From the NCBI GenBank assembly GCA_964016885.1, contig OZ024740.1, positions 33,232,001-33,296,000 of the forward strand: DNA of 64,000 nucleotides. Direction: 5' to 3'. The translations under genes and the position numbers were made by a program. Positions 1-15,000 of the stretch are shown here, one piece after another (positions within the stretch are counted from its first letter, which is position 1; every line of letters begins with the position of its first letter). The notes below the pieces were generated by a model that did not search any database, was not told where the DNA came from, and saw only the letters and a program-made list of their open reading frames with translations. This DNA is from Eledone cirrhosa (Eukaryota).

Positions 1-3000
1 TATATTCTAGATAGAAAGTGACTATCTATATATTTTAGATAGAAAATGACAATCTATATATTTCAGATAGAATGTGACCATCTATATATTTTAAATAGAA
101 AATGACCATCTATATATTCTAGATAGAAAGTGACCATCTATATATTTTAGATAGAAAGTGACCATCTATATATTTTAGACAGAAAGTGTTCATCTATATA
201 TTCTAGATAGAAAGTGTTCATCTATATATTCTAGATAGAAAGTGACCATCTATATATTCCAGATAGAAAGTGTTCATCTATATATTCTAGATAGAAAGTG
301 TTCATCTATATATTCTACATAGAAAGTGTTCATCTATATATTTTAGATAGAAAGTGTTTATTTATATATTCTAGATAGAAAGTGTTCATCTATATATTCT
401 AGATAGAAAGTGACCATCTATATATTCTAGATAGAATGTATTCATCTATATTTTCTAGATAGAAAGTGACCATCTATATATTCTAGATAGAAAGTGACCA
501 TCTATATATTCTAGATAGAAAGTGACCATCTTTATATTTTAGATAAAAAGTGTTCATCTATATATTCTAGATAGAAAGTGACCATCTATACATTCTAGAT
601 AGAGAGTGTTCCTCTATATATTCTAGATAGAAAGTGTTCATCTATATATTCCAGATAGAAAGTGTTCATCTATATATTCTAGATAGAAAGTGACCATCTA
701 TATATTCTAGATAGAAAGTGACCATCTATATATTCTAGATAGAAAGTGACCATGTATATATTCTAGATAGAAAGTAACCATCTATATATTTTAGATTGAA
801 AATGACCATCTATATAAATATTCTAGATAGAAAGTGTTCACATATATATTCTAGATAGAAAGTGTTCATCTATATATCCCAGATAGAAAGTGTTCATCTA
901 TATATTCTACATAGAAAGTGTTCATCTATATATTTTAGATAGAAAGTGTTTATTTATATATTCTAGATAGAAAGTGTTCATCTATATATTCCAGATAGAA
1001 AGTGTTCATCTATATATTCTAGATAGAAAGTGACCATCTATATATTCTAGATAGAAAGTGTTCATCTATATATTCTAGATAGAAAGTGACTATCTATATA
1101 TTCTAGATAGAAAATGACAATCTATATATTTCAGATAGAATGTGACCATCTATATATTTTAAATAGAAAATGACCATCTATATATTCTAGATAGAAAGTG
1201 ACCATCTATATATTTTAGATAGAAAGTGACCATCTATATATTTTAGACAGAAAGTGTTCATCTATATATTCTAGATAGAAAGTGTTCATCTATATATTCT
1301 AGATAGAAAGTGACCATCTATATATTCCAGATAGAAAGTGTTCATCTATATATTCTAGATAGAAAGTGTTCATCTATATATTCTACATAGAAAGTGTTCA
1401 TCTATATATTTTAGATAGAAAGTGTTTATTTATATATTCTAGATAGAAAGTGTTCATCTATATATTCTAGATAGAAAGTGACCATCTATATATTCTAGAT
1501 AGAATGTATTCATCTATATTTTCTAGATAGAAAGTGACCATCTATATATTCTATATAGAAAGTGACCATTTATATATTTTAGATAGAAAGTGTTCATTTA
1601 TATATTCTAGATAGAAAATGACCATCTATATATTTTAGATAGAAAGTGACCATCTATATATTTTAGACAGAAAGTGTTCATCTATATATTCTAGATAGAA
1701 AGTGACCATCCATATAATCTAGATAGAAAGTTTTCATATATATATTCTAGATAGAAAGTGACCATCTATATATTCCAGATAGAAAGTGTTCATCTATATA
1801 TTCTAGATAGAAAGTGTTCATCTATATATTCTACATAGAAAGTGTTCATCTAAATATTTTAGATAGAAAGTGACCATCTATATATTCTAGATAGAAAGTG
1901 TTCATCTATATATTCTAGATAGAAAGTGACTATCTATATATTCTAAATAGAAAATGACAATCTATATATTTCAGATAGAATGTGACCATCTATATATTTT
2001 AAATAGAAAATGACCATCTATATATTCTAGATAGAAAGTGACCATCTATATATTTTAGATAGAAAGTGACCATCTATATATTTTAGACAGAAAGTGTTCA
2101 TCTATATATTCTAGATAGAAAGTGTTCATCTATGTATTCTAGATAGAAAGTGACCATCTATATATTCCAGATAGAAAGTGTTCATCTATATATTCTAGAT
2201 AGAAAGTGTTCATCTATATATTCTACATAGAAAGTGTTCATCTATATACTTTAGATAGAAAGTGTTTATTTATATATTCTAGATAGAAAGTGTTCATCTA
2301 TATATTCTAGATAGAAAGTGACCATCTATATATTCTAGATAGAATGTATTCATCTATATTTTCTAGATAGAAAGTGACCATCTATATATTCTAGATAGAA
2401 AGTGACCATCTATATATTCTATATAGAAAGTGACCATTTATATATTTTAGATAGAAAGTGTTCATCTATATATTCCAGATAGAAAGTGTTCATCTATATA
2501 ATCTAGATAGAAAGTGTTCATCTATATAATCTAGATAGAAAGTGTTCATCTATATATTCTAGATAGAAAGTGACCATTCATATAATCTAGATAGAAAGTT
2601 TTCATATATATATTCTAGATAGAAAGTGACCATCTATATATTCCAGATAGAAAGTGTTCATCTATATATTCTAGATAGAAAGTGTTCATCTATATATTCT
2701 ACATAGAAAGTGTTCATCTATATATTTTAGATAGAAAGTGTTTATTTATATATTCTAGATAGAAAGTGTTCATCTATATATTTGAGATAGAAAGTGACCA
2801 TCTATATATTCTATATAGAAAGTGACATCTATATATTTTAGATAGAAAGTGTTCATCTATATATTCTAGATAGAAAATGACCATCTATATATTTTAGATA
2901 GAAAGTGACCATCTATATATTTTAGACAGAAAGTGTTCATCTATATATTCTAGATAGAAAGTGACCATCTATATATTCTAGATAGAAAATGACCATCTAT

Positions 3001-6000
3001 ATATTTTAGATAGAAAGTGTTCATCTATATATTCTAGATAGAAGGTGACCATCTATATATTCTAGATAGAAAGTGTTCATCTATATATTCTAGATAGAAA
3101 GTGACTATCTATATATTCTAGATAGAAAATGACAATCTATATATTTCAGATAGAATGTGACCATCTATATATTTTAAATAGAAAATGACCATCTATATAT
3201 TTTATATAGAAAGTGACCATCTATATATTTTAGACAGAAAGTGTTCATCTATATATTCTAGATAGAAAGTGTTCATCTATATATTCTAGATAGAAAGTGA
3301 CCATCTATATATTCCAGATAGAAAGTGTTCATCTATATATTCTAGATAGAAAGTGTTCATCTATATATTCTACATAGAAAGTGTTCATCTATATATTTTA
3401 GATAGAAAGTGTTTATTTATATATTCTAGATAGAAAGTGTTCATCTATATATTCTAGATAGAAAGTGACCATCTATATAATCTAGATAGAATGTATTCAT
3501 CTATATTTTCTAGATAGAAAGTGACCATCTATATATTCTAGATAGAAAGTGTTCATCTATATATTCTAGATAGAAAGTGACTATCTATATATTTTAGATA
3601 GAAAATGACAATCTATATATTTCAGATAGAATGTGACCATCTATATATTTTAAATAGAAAATGACCATCTATATATTCTAGATAGAAAGTGACCATCTAT
3701 ATATTTTAGATAGAAAGTGACCATCTATATATTTTAGACAGAAAGTGTTCATCTATATATTCTAGATAGAAAGTGTTCATCTATATATTCTAGATAGAAA
3801 GTGACCATCTATATATTCCAGATAGAAAGTGTTCATCTATATATTCTAGATAGAAAGTGTTCATCTATATATTCTACATAGAAAGTGTTCATCTATATAT
3901 TTTAGATAGAAAGTGTTTATTTATATATTCTAGATAGAAAGTGTTCATCTATATATTCTAGATAGAAAGTGACCATCTATATATTCTAGATAGAATGTAT
4001 TCATCTATATTTTCTAGATAGAAAGTGACCATCTATATATTCTAGATAGAAAGTGACCATCTATATATTCTAGATAGAAAGTGACCATCTTTATATTTTA
4101 GATAAAAAGTGTTCATCTATATATTCTAGATAGAAAGTGACCATCTATACATTCTAGATAGAGAGTGTTCCTCTATATATTCTAGATAGAAAGTGTTCAT
4201 CTATATATTCCAGATAGAAAGTGTTCATCTATATATTCTAGATAGAAAGTGACCATCTATATATTCTAGATAGAAAGTGACTATCTATATATTCTAGATA
4301 GAAAGTGACCATGTATATATTCTAGATAGAAAGTAACCATCTATATATTTTAGATTGAAAATGACCATCTATATATATATTCTAGATAGAAAGTGTTCAC
4401 ATATATATTCTAGATAGAAAGTGTTCATCTATATATCCCAGATAGAAAGTGTTCATCTATATATTCTACATAGAAAGTGTTCATCTATATATTTTAGATA
4501 GAAAGTGTTTATTTATATATTCTAGATAGAAAGTGTTCATATATATATTCCAGATAGAAAGTGTTCATCTATATATTCTAGATAGAAAGTGACCATCTAT
4601 ATATTCTAGATAGAAAGTGTTCATCTATATATTCTAGATAGAAAGTGACTATCTATATATTCTAGATAGAAAATGACAATCTATATATTTCAGATAGAAT
4701 GTGACCATCTATATATTTTAAATAGAAAATGACCAGCTATATATTCTAGATAGAAAGTGACCGTCTATATATTTTAGATAGAAAGTGACCATCTATATAT
4801 TTTAGACAGAAAGTGTTCATCTATATATTCTAGATAGAAAGTGTTCATCTATATATTCTAGATAGAAAGTGACCATCTATATATTCCAGATAGAAAGTGT
4901 TCATCTATATATTCTAGATAGAAAGTGTTCATCTATATATTCTACATAGAAAGTGTTCATCTATATATTTTAGATAGAAAGTGTTTATTTATATATTCTA
5001 GATAGAAAGTGTTCATCTATATATTCTAGATAGAAAGTGACCATCTATATATTCTAGATAGAATGTATTCATCTATATTTTCTAGATAGAAAGTGACCAT
5101 GTATATATTCTATATAGAAAGTGACCATTTATATATTTTAGATAGAAAGTGTTCATTTATATATTCTAGATAGAAAATGACCATCTATATATTTTAGATA
5201 GAAAGTGACCATCTATATATTTTAGACAGAAAGTGTTCATCTATATATTCTAGATAGAAAGTGACCATCCATATAATCTAGATAGAAAGTTTTCATATAT
5301 ATATTCTAGATAGAAAGTGACCATCTATATATTCCAGATAGAAAGTGTTCATCTATATATTCTAGATAGAAAGTGTTCATCTATATATTCTACATAGAAA
5401 GTGTTCATCTATATATTTTAGATAGAAAGTGTTCATCTATATATTCTAGATAGAAAGTGACCATCTATATATTCTAGATAGAAAATGACGATCTATATAT
5501 TTCAGATAGAATGTGACCATCTATATATTTTAAATAGAAAATGACCATCTATATATTCTACATAGAAAGTGACCATCTATATATTTTATATAGAAAGTGA
5601 CCATCTATATATTTTAGACAGAAAGTGTTCATCTATATATTCTAGATAGAAAGTGTTCATCTATATATTCTAGATAGAAAGTGACCATCTATATATTCCA
5701 GATAGAAAGTGTTCATCTATATATTCTAGATAGAAAGTGTTCATCTATATATTCTACATAGAAAGTGTTCATCTATATATTTTAGATAGAAAGTGTTTAT
5801 TTATATATTCTAGATAGAAAGTGTTCATCTATATATTCTAGATAGAAAGTGACCATCTATATAATCTAGATAGAATGTATTCATCTATATTTTCTAGATA
5901 GAAAGTGACCATCTATATATTCTAGATAGAAAGTGTTCATCTATATATTCTAGATAGAAAGTGACTATCTATATATTTTAGATAGAAAATGACAATCTAT

Positions 6001-9000
6001 ATATTTCAGATAGAATGTGACAATCTATATATTTTAAATAGAAAATGACCATCTATATATTCTAGATAGAAAGTGACCATCTATATATTTTAGATAGAAA
6101 GTGACCATCTATATATTTTAGACAGAAAGTGTTCATCTATATATTCTAGATAGAAAGTGTTCATCTATATATTCTAGATAGAAAGTGACCATCTATATAT
6201 TCCAGATAGAAAGTGTTCATCTATATATTCTAGATAGAAAGTGTTCATCTATATATTCTACATAGAAAGTGTTCATCTATATATTTTAGATAGAAAGTGT
6301 TTATTTATATATTCTAGATAGAAAGTGTTCATCTATATATTCTAGATAGAAAGTGACCATCTATATATTCTAGATAGAATGTATTCATCTATATTTTCTA
6401 GATAGAAAGTGACCATCTATATATTCTAGATAGAAAGTGACCATCTATATATTCTAGATAGAAAGTGACCATCTTTATATTTTAGATAAAAAGTGTTCAT
6501 CTATATATTCTAGATAGAAAGTGACCATCTATACATTCTAGATAGAGAGTGTTCCTCTATATATTCTAGATAGAAAGTGTTCATCTATATATTCCAGATA
6601 GAAAGTGTTCATCTATATATTCTAGATAGAAAGTGACCATCTATATATTCTAGATAGAAAGTGACCATCTATATATTCTAGATAGAAAGTGACCATGTAT
6701 ATATTCTAGATAGAAAGTAACCATCTATATATTTTAGATTGAAAATGACCATCTATATAAATATTCTAGATAGAAAGTGTTCACATATATATTCTAGATA
6801 GAAAGTGTTCATCTATATATCCCAGATAGAAAGTGTTCATCTATATATTCTACATAGAAAGTGTTCATCTATATATTTTAGATAGAAAGTGTTTATTTAT
6901 ATATTCTAGATAGAAAGTGTTCATCTATATATTCCAGATAGAAAGTGTTCATCTATATATTCTAGATAGAAAGTGACCATCTATATATTCTAGATAGAAA
7001 GTGTTCATCTATATATTCTAGATAGAAAGTGACTATCTATATATTCTAGATAGAAAATGACAATCTATATATTTCAGATAGAATGTGACCATCTATATAT
7101 TTTAAATAGAAAATGACCATCTATATATTCTAGATAGAAAGTGACCATCTATATATTTTAGATAGAAAGTGACCATCTATATATTTTAGACAGAAAGTGT
7201 TCATCTATATATTCTAGATAGAAAGTGTTCATCTATATATTCTAGATAGAAAGTGACCATCTATATATTCCAGATAGAAAGTGTTCATCTATATATTCTA
7301 GATAGAAAGTGTTCATCTATATATTCTACATAGAAAGTGTTCATCTATATATTTTAGATAGAAAGTGTTTATTTATATATTCTAGATAGAAAGTGTTCAT
7401 CTATATATTCTAGATAGAAAGTGACCATCTATATATTCTAGATAGAATGTATTCATCTATATTTTCTAGATAGAAAGTGACCATCTATATATTTTAGATA
7501 GAAAGTGACCATTTATATATTTTAGATAGAAAGTGTTCATTTATATATTCTAGATAGAAAATGACCATCCATATAATCTAGATAGAAAGTTTTCATATAT
7601 ATATTCTAGATAGAAAGTGACCATCTATATATTCCAGATAGAAAGTGTTCATCTATATATTCTAGATAGAAAGTGTTCATCTATATATTCTACATAGAAA
7701 GTGTTCATCTAAATATTTTAGATAGAAAGTGACCATCTATATATTCTAGATAGAAAGTGTTCATCTATATATTCTAGATAGAAAGTGACTATCTATATAT
7801 TCTAAATAGAAAATGACAATCTATATATTTCAGATAGAATGTGACCATCTATATATTTTAAATAGAAAATGACCATCTATATATTCTAGATAGAAAGTGA
7901 CCATCTATATATTTTAGATAGAAAGTGACCATCTATATATTTTAGACAGAAAGTGTTCATCTATATATTCTAGATAGAAAGTGTTCATCTATGTATTCTA
8001 GATAGAAAGTGACCATCTATATATTCCAGATAGAAAGTGTTCATCTATATATTCTAGATAGAAAGTGTTCATCTATATATTCTACATAGAAAGTGTTCAT
8101 CTATATACTTTAGATAGAAAGTGTTTATTTATATATTCTAGATAGAAAGTGTTCATCTATATATTCTAGATAGAAAGTGACCATCTATATATTCTAGATA
8201 GAATGTATTCATCTATATTTTCTAGATAGAAAGTGACCATCTATATATTCTAGATAGAAAGTGACCATCTATATATTCTATATAGAAAGTGACCATTTAT
8301 ATATTTTAGATAGAAAGTGTTCATCTATATATTCCAGATAGAAAGTGTTCATCTATATAATCTAGATAGAAAGTGTTCATCTATATAATCTAGATAGAAA
8401 GTGTTCATCTATATATTCTAGATAGAAAGTGACCATTCATATAATCTAGATAGAAAGTTTTCATATATATATTCTAGATAGAAAGTGACCATCTATATAT
8501 TCTAGATAGAAAGTGTTCATCTATATATTCTACATAGAAAGTGTTCATCTATATATTTTAGATAGAAAGTGTTTATTTATATATTCTAGATAGAAAGTGT
8601 TCATCTATATATTTGAGATAGAAAGTGACCATCTATATATTCTATATAGAAAGTGACATCTATATATTTTAGATAGAAAGTGTTCATCTATATATTCTAG
8701 ATAGAAAATGACCATCTATATATTTTAGATAGAAAGTGACCATCTATATATTTTAGACAGAAAGTGTTCATCTATATATTCTAGATAGAAAGTGACCATC
8801 TATATATTCTAGATAGAAAATGACCATCTATATATTTTAGATAGAAAGTGTTCATCTATATATTCTAGATAGAAGGTGACCATCTATATATTCTAGATAG
8901 AAAGTGTTCATCTATATATTCTAGATAGAAAGTGACTATCTATATATTCTAGATAGAAAATGACAATCTATATATTTCAGATAGAATGTGACCATCTATA

Positions 9001-12000
9001 TATTTTAAATAGAAAATGACCATCTATATATTCTACATAGAAAGTGACCATCTATATATTTTAGATAGAAAGTGACCATCTATATATTTTAGACAGAAAG
9101 TGTTCATCTATATATTCTAGATAGAAAGTGTTCATCGATATATTCTAGATAGAAAGTGACCATCTATATATTCCAGATAGAAAGTGTTCATCTATATATT
9201 CTAGATAGAAAGTGTTCATCTATATATTCTACATAGAAAGTGTTCATCTATATATTTTAGATAGAAAGTGTTTATTTATATATTCTAGATAGAAAGTGTT
9301 CATCTATATATTCTAGATAGAAAGTGACCATCTATATATTCTAGATAGAATGTATTCATCTATATTTTCTAGATAGAAAGTGACCATCTATATATTCTAG
9401 ATAGAAAGTGACCATCTATATATTCTAGATAGAAAGTGACCATCTTTATATTTTAGATAAAAAGTGTTCATCTATATATTCTAGATAGAAAGTGACCATC
9501 TATACATTCTAGATAGAGAGTGTTCATCTATATATTCTAGATAGAAAGTGTTCATCTATATATTCCAGATAGAAAGTGTTCATCTATATATTCTAGATAG
9601 AAAGTGACCATCTATATATTCTAGATAGAAAGTGACCATCTATATATTCTAGATAGAAAGTGACCATGTATATATTCTAGATAGAAAGTAACCATCTATA
9701 TATTTTAGATTGAAAATGACCATCTATATATATATTCTAGATAGAAAGTGTTCATATATATATTCTAGATAGAAAGTGTTCATCTATATATTCTAGATAG
9801 AAAGTGACCATCTATATATTCTAGATAGAAAGTGTTCATCTATATATTCTAGATAGAAAGTGATTATCTATATATTCTAGATAGAAAGTGACCATCTATA
9901 TATTTTAAATAGAAAGTGACCATCTATATATTTTAGACAGAAAGTGTTCATCTATATATTCTAGATAGAAAGTGTTCATCTATATATTCTAGATAGAAAG
10001 TGACCATCTATATATTCTAGATAGAAAATGACCATCTATATATTTTAGATAGAAAGTGTTCATCTATATATTCTAGATAGAAAGTGACCATCTATATATT
10101 CTAGATAGAAAGTGTTCATCTATATATTCTAGATAGAAAGTGACTATCTATATATTCTAGATAGAAAATGACAATCTATATATTTCAGATAGAATGTGAC
10201 CATCTATATATTTTAAATAGAAAATGACCATCTATATATTCTACATAGAAAGTGACCATCTATATATTTTAGATAGAAAGTGACCATCTATATATTTTAG
10301 ACAGAAAGTGTTCATCTATATATTCTAGATAGAAAGTGTTCATCTATATATTCTAGATAGAAAGTGACCATCTATATATTCCAGATAGAAAGTGTTCATC
10401 TATATATTCTAGATAGAAAGTGTTCATCTATATATTCTACATAGAAAGTGTTCATCTATATATTTTAGATAGAAAGTGTTTATTTATATATTCTAGATAG
10501 AAAGTGTTCATCTATATATTCTAGATAGAAAGTGACCATCTATATATTCTAGATAGAATGTATTCATCTATATTTTCTAGATAGAAAGTGACCATCTATA
10601 TATTCTACATAGAAAGTGTTCATCTATATATTTTAGATAGAAAGTGTTTATTTATATATTCTAGATAGAAAGTGTTCATCTATATATTTGAGATAGAAAG
10701 TGACCATCTATATATTCTATATAGAAAGTGACATCTATATATTTTAGATAGAAAGTGTTCATCTATATATTCTAGATAGAAAATGACCATCTATATATTT
10801 TAGATAGAAAGTGACCATCTATATATTTTAGACAGAAAGTGTTCATCTATATATTCTAGATAGAAAGTGACCATCTATATATTCTAGATAGAAAATGACC
10901 ATCTATATATTTTAGATAGAAAGTGTTCATCTATATATTCTAGATAGAAGGTGACCATCTATATATTCTAGATAGAAAGTGTTCATCTATATATTCTAGA
11001 TAGAAAGTGACTATCTATATATTCTAGATAGAAAATGACAATCTATATATTTCAGATAGAATGTGACCATCTATATATTTTAAATAGAAAATGACCATCT
11101 ATATATTCTAGATAGAAAGTGACCATCTATATATTTTAGATAGAAAGTGACCATCTATATATTTTAGACAGAAAGTGTTCATCTATATATTCTAGATAGA
11201 AAGTGTTCATCTATATATTCTAGATAGAAAGTGACCATCTATATATTCTAGATAGAAAATGACCATCTATATATTTTAGATAGAAAGTGTTCATCTATAT
11301 ATTCTAGATAGAAAGTGTTCATCTATATATTCTAGATAGAAAGTGTTCATCTATATATTCTAGATAGAAAGTGACCATCTATATATTCCAGATAGAAAGT
11401 GTTCATCTATATATTCTACATAGAAAATGACAATCTATATATTTCAGATAGAATGTGACCATCTATATATTTTAAATAGAAAATGACCATCTATATATTC
11501 TACATAGAAAGTGACCATCTATATATTCTAGATAGAATGTATTCATCTATATTTTCTAGATAGAAAGTGACCATCTATATATTCTAGATAGAAAGTGACC
11601 ATCTATATATTCTAGATAGAAAGTGACCATCTTTATATTTTAGATAAAAAGTGTTCATCTATATATTCTAGATAGAAAGTGACCATCTATACATTCTAGA
11701 TAGAGAGTGTTCCTCTATATATTCTAGATAGAAAGTATTCATCTATATATTCCAGATAGAAAGTGTTCATCTATATATTCTAGATAGAAAGTGACCATCT
11801 ATATATTCTAGATAGAAAGTGACCATCTATATATTCTAGATAGAAAGTGACCATGTATATATTCTAGATAGAAAGTAACCATCTATATATTTTAGATTGA
11901 AAATGACCATCTATATAAATATTCTAGATAGAAAGTGTTCACATATATATTCTAGATAGAAAGTGTTCATCTATATATCCCAGATAGAAAGTGTTCATCT

Positions 12001-15000
12001 ATATATTCTACATAGAAAGTGTTCATCTATATATTTTAGATAGAAAGTGTTTATTTATATATTCTAGATAGAAAGTGTTCATCTATATATTCCAGATAGA
12101 AAGTGTTCATCTATATATTCTAGATAGAAAGTGACCATCTATATATTCTAGATAGAAAGTGTTCATCTATATATTCTAGATAGAAAGTGACTATCTATAT
12201 ATTCTAGATAGAAAATGACAATCTATATATTTCAGATAGAATGTGACCATCTATATATTTTAAATAGAAAATGACCATCTATATATTCTAGATAGAAAGT
12301 GACCATCTATATATTTTAGATAGAAAGTGACCATCTATATATTTTAGACAGAAAGTGTTCATCTATATATTCTAGATAGAAAGTGTTCATCTATATATTC
12401 TAGATAGAAAGTGACCATCTATATATTCCAGATAGAAAGTGTTCATCTATATATTCTAGATAGAAAGTGTTCATCTATATATTCTACATAGAAAGTGTTC
12501 ATCTATATATTTTAGATAGAAAGTGTTTATTTATATATTCTAGATAGAAAGTGTTCATCTATATATTCTAGATAGAAAGTGACCATCTATATATTCTAGA
12601 TAGAATGTATTCATCTATATTTTCTAGATAGAAAGTGACCATCTATATATTCTATATAGAAAGTGACCATTTATATATTTTAGATAGAAAGTGTTCATTT
12701 ATATATTCTAGATAGAAAATGACCATCTATATATTTTAGATAGAAAGTGACCATCTATATATTTTAGACAGAAAGTGTTCATCTATATATTCTAGATAGA
12801 AAGTGACCATCCATATAATCTAGATAGAAAGTTTTCATATATATATTCTAGATAGAAAGTGACCATCTATATATTCCAGATAGAAAGTGACCATCTATAT
12901 ATTCTAGATAGAAAGTGTTCATCTATATATTCTACATAGAAAGTGTTCATCTAAATATTTTAGATAGAAAGTGACCATCTATATATTCTAGATAGAAAGT
13001 GTTCATCTATATATTCTAGATAGAAAGTGACTATCTATATATTCTAAATAGAAAATGACAATCTATATATTTCAGATAGAATGTGACCATCTATATATTT
13101 TAAATAGAAAATGACCATCTATATATTCTAGATAGAAAGTGACCATCTATATATTTTAGATAGAAAGTGACCATCTATATATTTTAGACAGAAAGTGTTC
13201 ATCTATATATTCTAGATAGAAAGTGTTCATCTATGTATTCTAGATAGAAAGTGACCATCTATATATTCCAGATAGAAAGTGTTCATCTATATATTCTAGA
13301 TAGAAAGTGTTCATCTATATATTCTACATAGAAAGTGTTCATCTATATACTTTAGATAGAAAGTGTTTATTTATATATTCTAGATAGAAAGTGTTCATCT
13401 ATATATTCTAGATAGAAAGTGACCATCTATATATTCTAGATAGAATGTATTCATCTATATTTTCTAGATAGAAAGTGACCATCTATATATTCTAGATAGA
13501 AAGTGACCATCTATATATTCTATATAGAAAGTGACCATTTATATATTTTAGATAGAAAGTGTTCATCTATATATTCCAGATAGAAAGTGTTCATCTATAT
13601 AATCTAGATAGAAAGTGTTCATCTATATAATCTAGATAGAAAGTGTTCATCTATATATTCTAGATAGAAAGTGACCATTCATATAATCTAGATAGAAAGT
13701 TTTCATATATATATTCTAGATAGAAAGTGACCATCTATATATTCCAGATAGAAAGTGTTCATCTATATATTCTAGATAGAAAGTGTTCATCTATATATTC
13801 TACATAGAAAGTGTTCATCTATATATTTTAGATAGAAAGTGTTTATTTATATATTCTAGATAGAAAGTGTTCATCTATATATTTGAGATAGAAAGTGACC
13901 ATCTATATATTCTATATAGAAAGTGACATCTATATATTTTAGATAGAAAGTGTTCATCTATATATTCTAGATAGAAAATGACCATCTATATATTTTAGAT
14001 AGAAAGTGACCATCTATATATTTTAGACAGAAAGTGTTCATCTATATATTCTAGATAGAAAGTGACCATCTATATATTCTAGATAGAAAATGACCATCTA
14101 TATATTTTAGATAGAAAGTGTTCATCTATATATTCTAGATAGAAGGTGACCATCTATATATTCTAGATAGAAAGTGTTCATCTATATATTCTAGATAGAA
14201 AGTGACTATCTATATATTCTAGATAGAAAATGACAATCTATATATTTCAGATAGAATGTGACCATCTATATATTTTAAATAGAAAATGACCATCTATATA
14301 TTCTACATAGAAAGTGACCATCTATATATTTTAGATAGAAAGTGACCATCTATATATTTTAGACAGAAAGTGTTCATCTATATATTCTAGATAGAAAGTG
14401 TTCATCGATATATTCTAGATAGAAAGTGACCATCTATATATTCCAGATAGAAAGTGTTCATCTATATATTCTAGATAGAAAGTGTTCATCTATATATTCT
14501 ACATAGAAAGTGTTCATCTATATATTTTAGATAGAAAGTGTTTATTTATATATTCTAGATAGAAAGTGTTCATCTATATATTCTAGATAGAAAGTGACCA
14601 TCTATATATTCTAGATAGAATGTATTCATCTATATTTTCTAGATAGAAAGTGACCATCTATATATTCTAGATAGAAAGTGACCATCTATATATTCTAGAT
14701 AGAAAGTGACCATCTTTATATTTTAGATAAAAAGTGTTCATCTATATATTCTAGATAGAAAGTGACCATCTATACATTCTAGATAGAGAGTGTTCATCTA
14801 TATATTCTAGATAGAAAGTGTTCATCTATATATTCCAGATAGAAAGTGTTCATCTATATATTCTAGATAGAAAGTGACCATCTATATATTCTAGATAGAA
14901 AGTGACCATCTATATATTCTAGATAGAAAGTGACCATGTATATATTCTAGATAGAAAGTAACCATCTATATATTTTAGATTGAAAATGACCATCTATATA

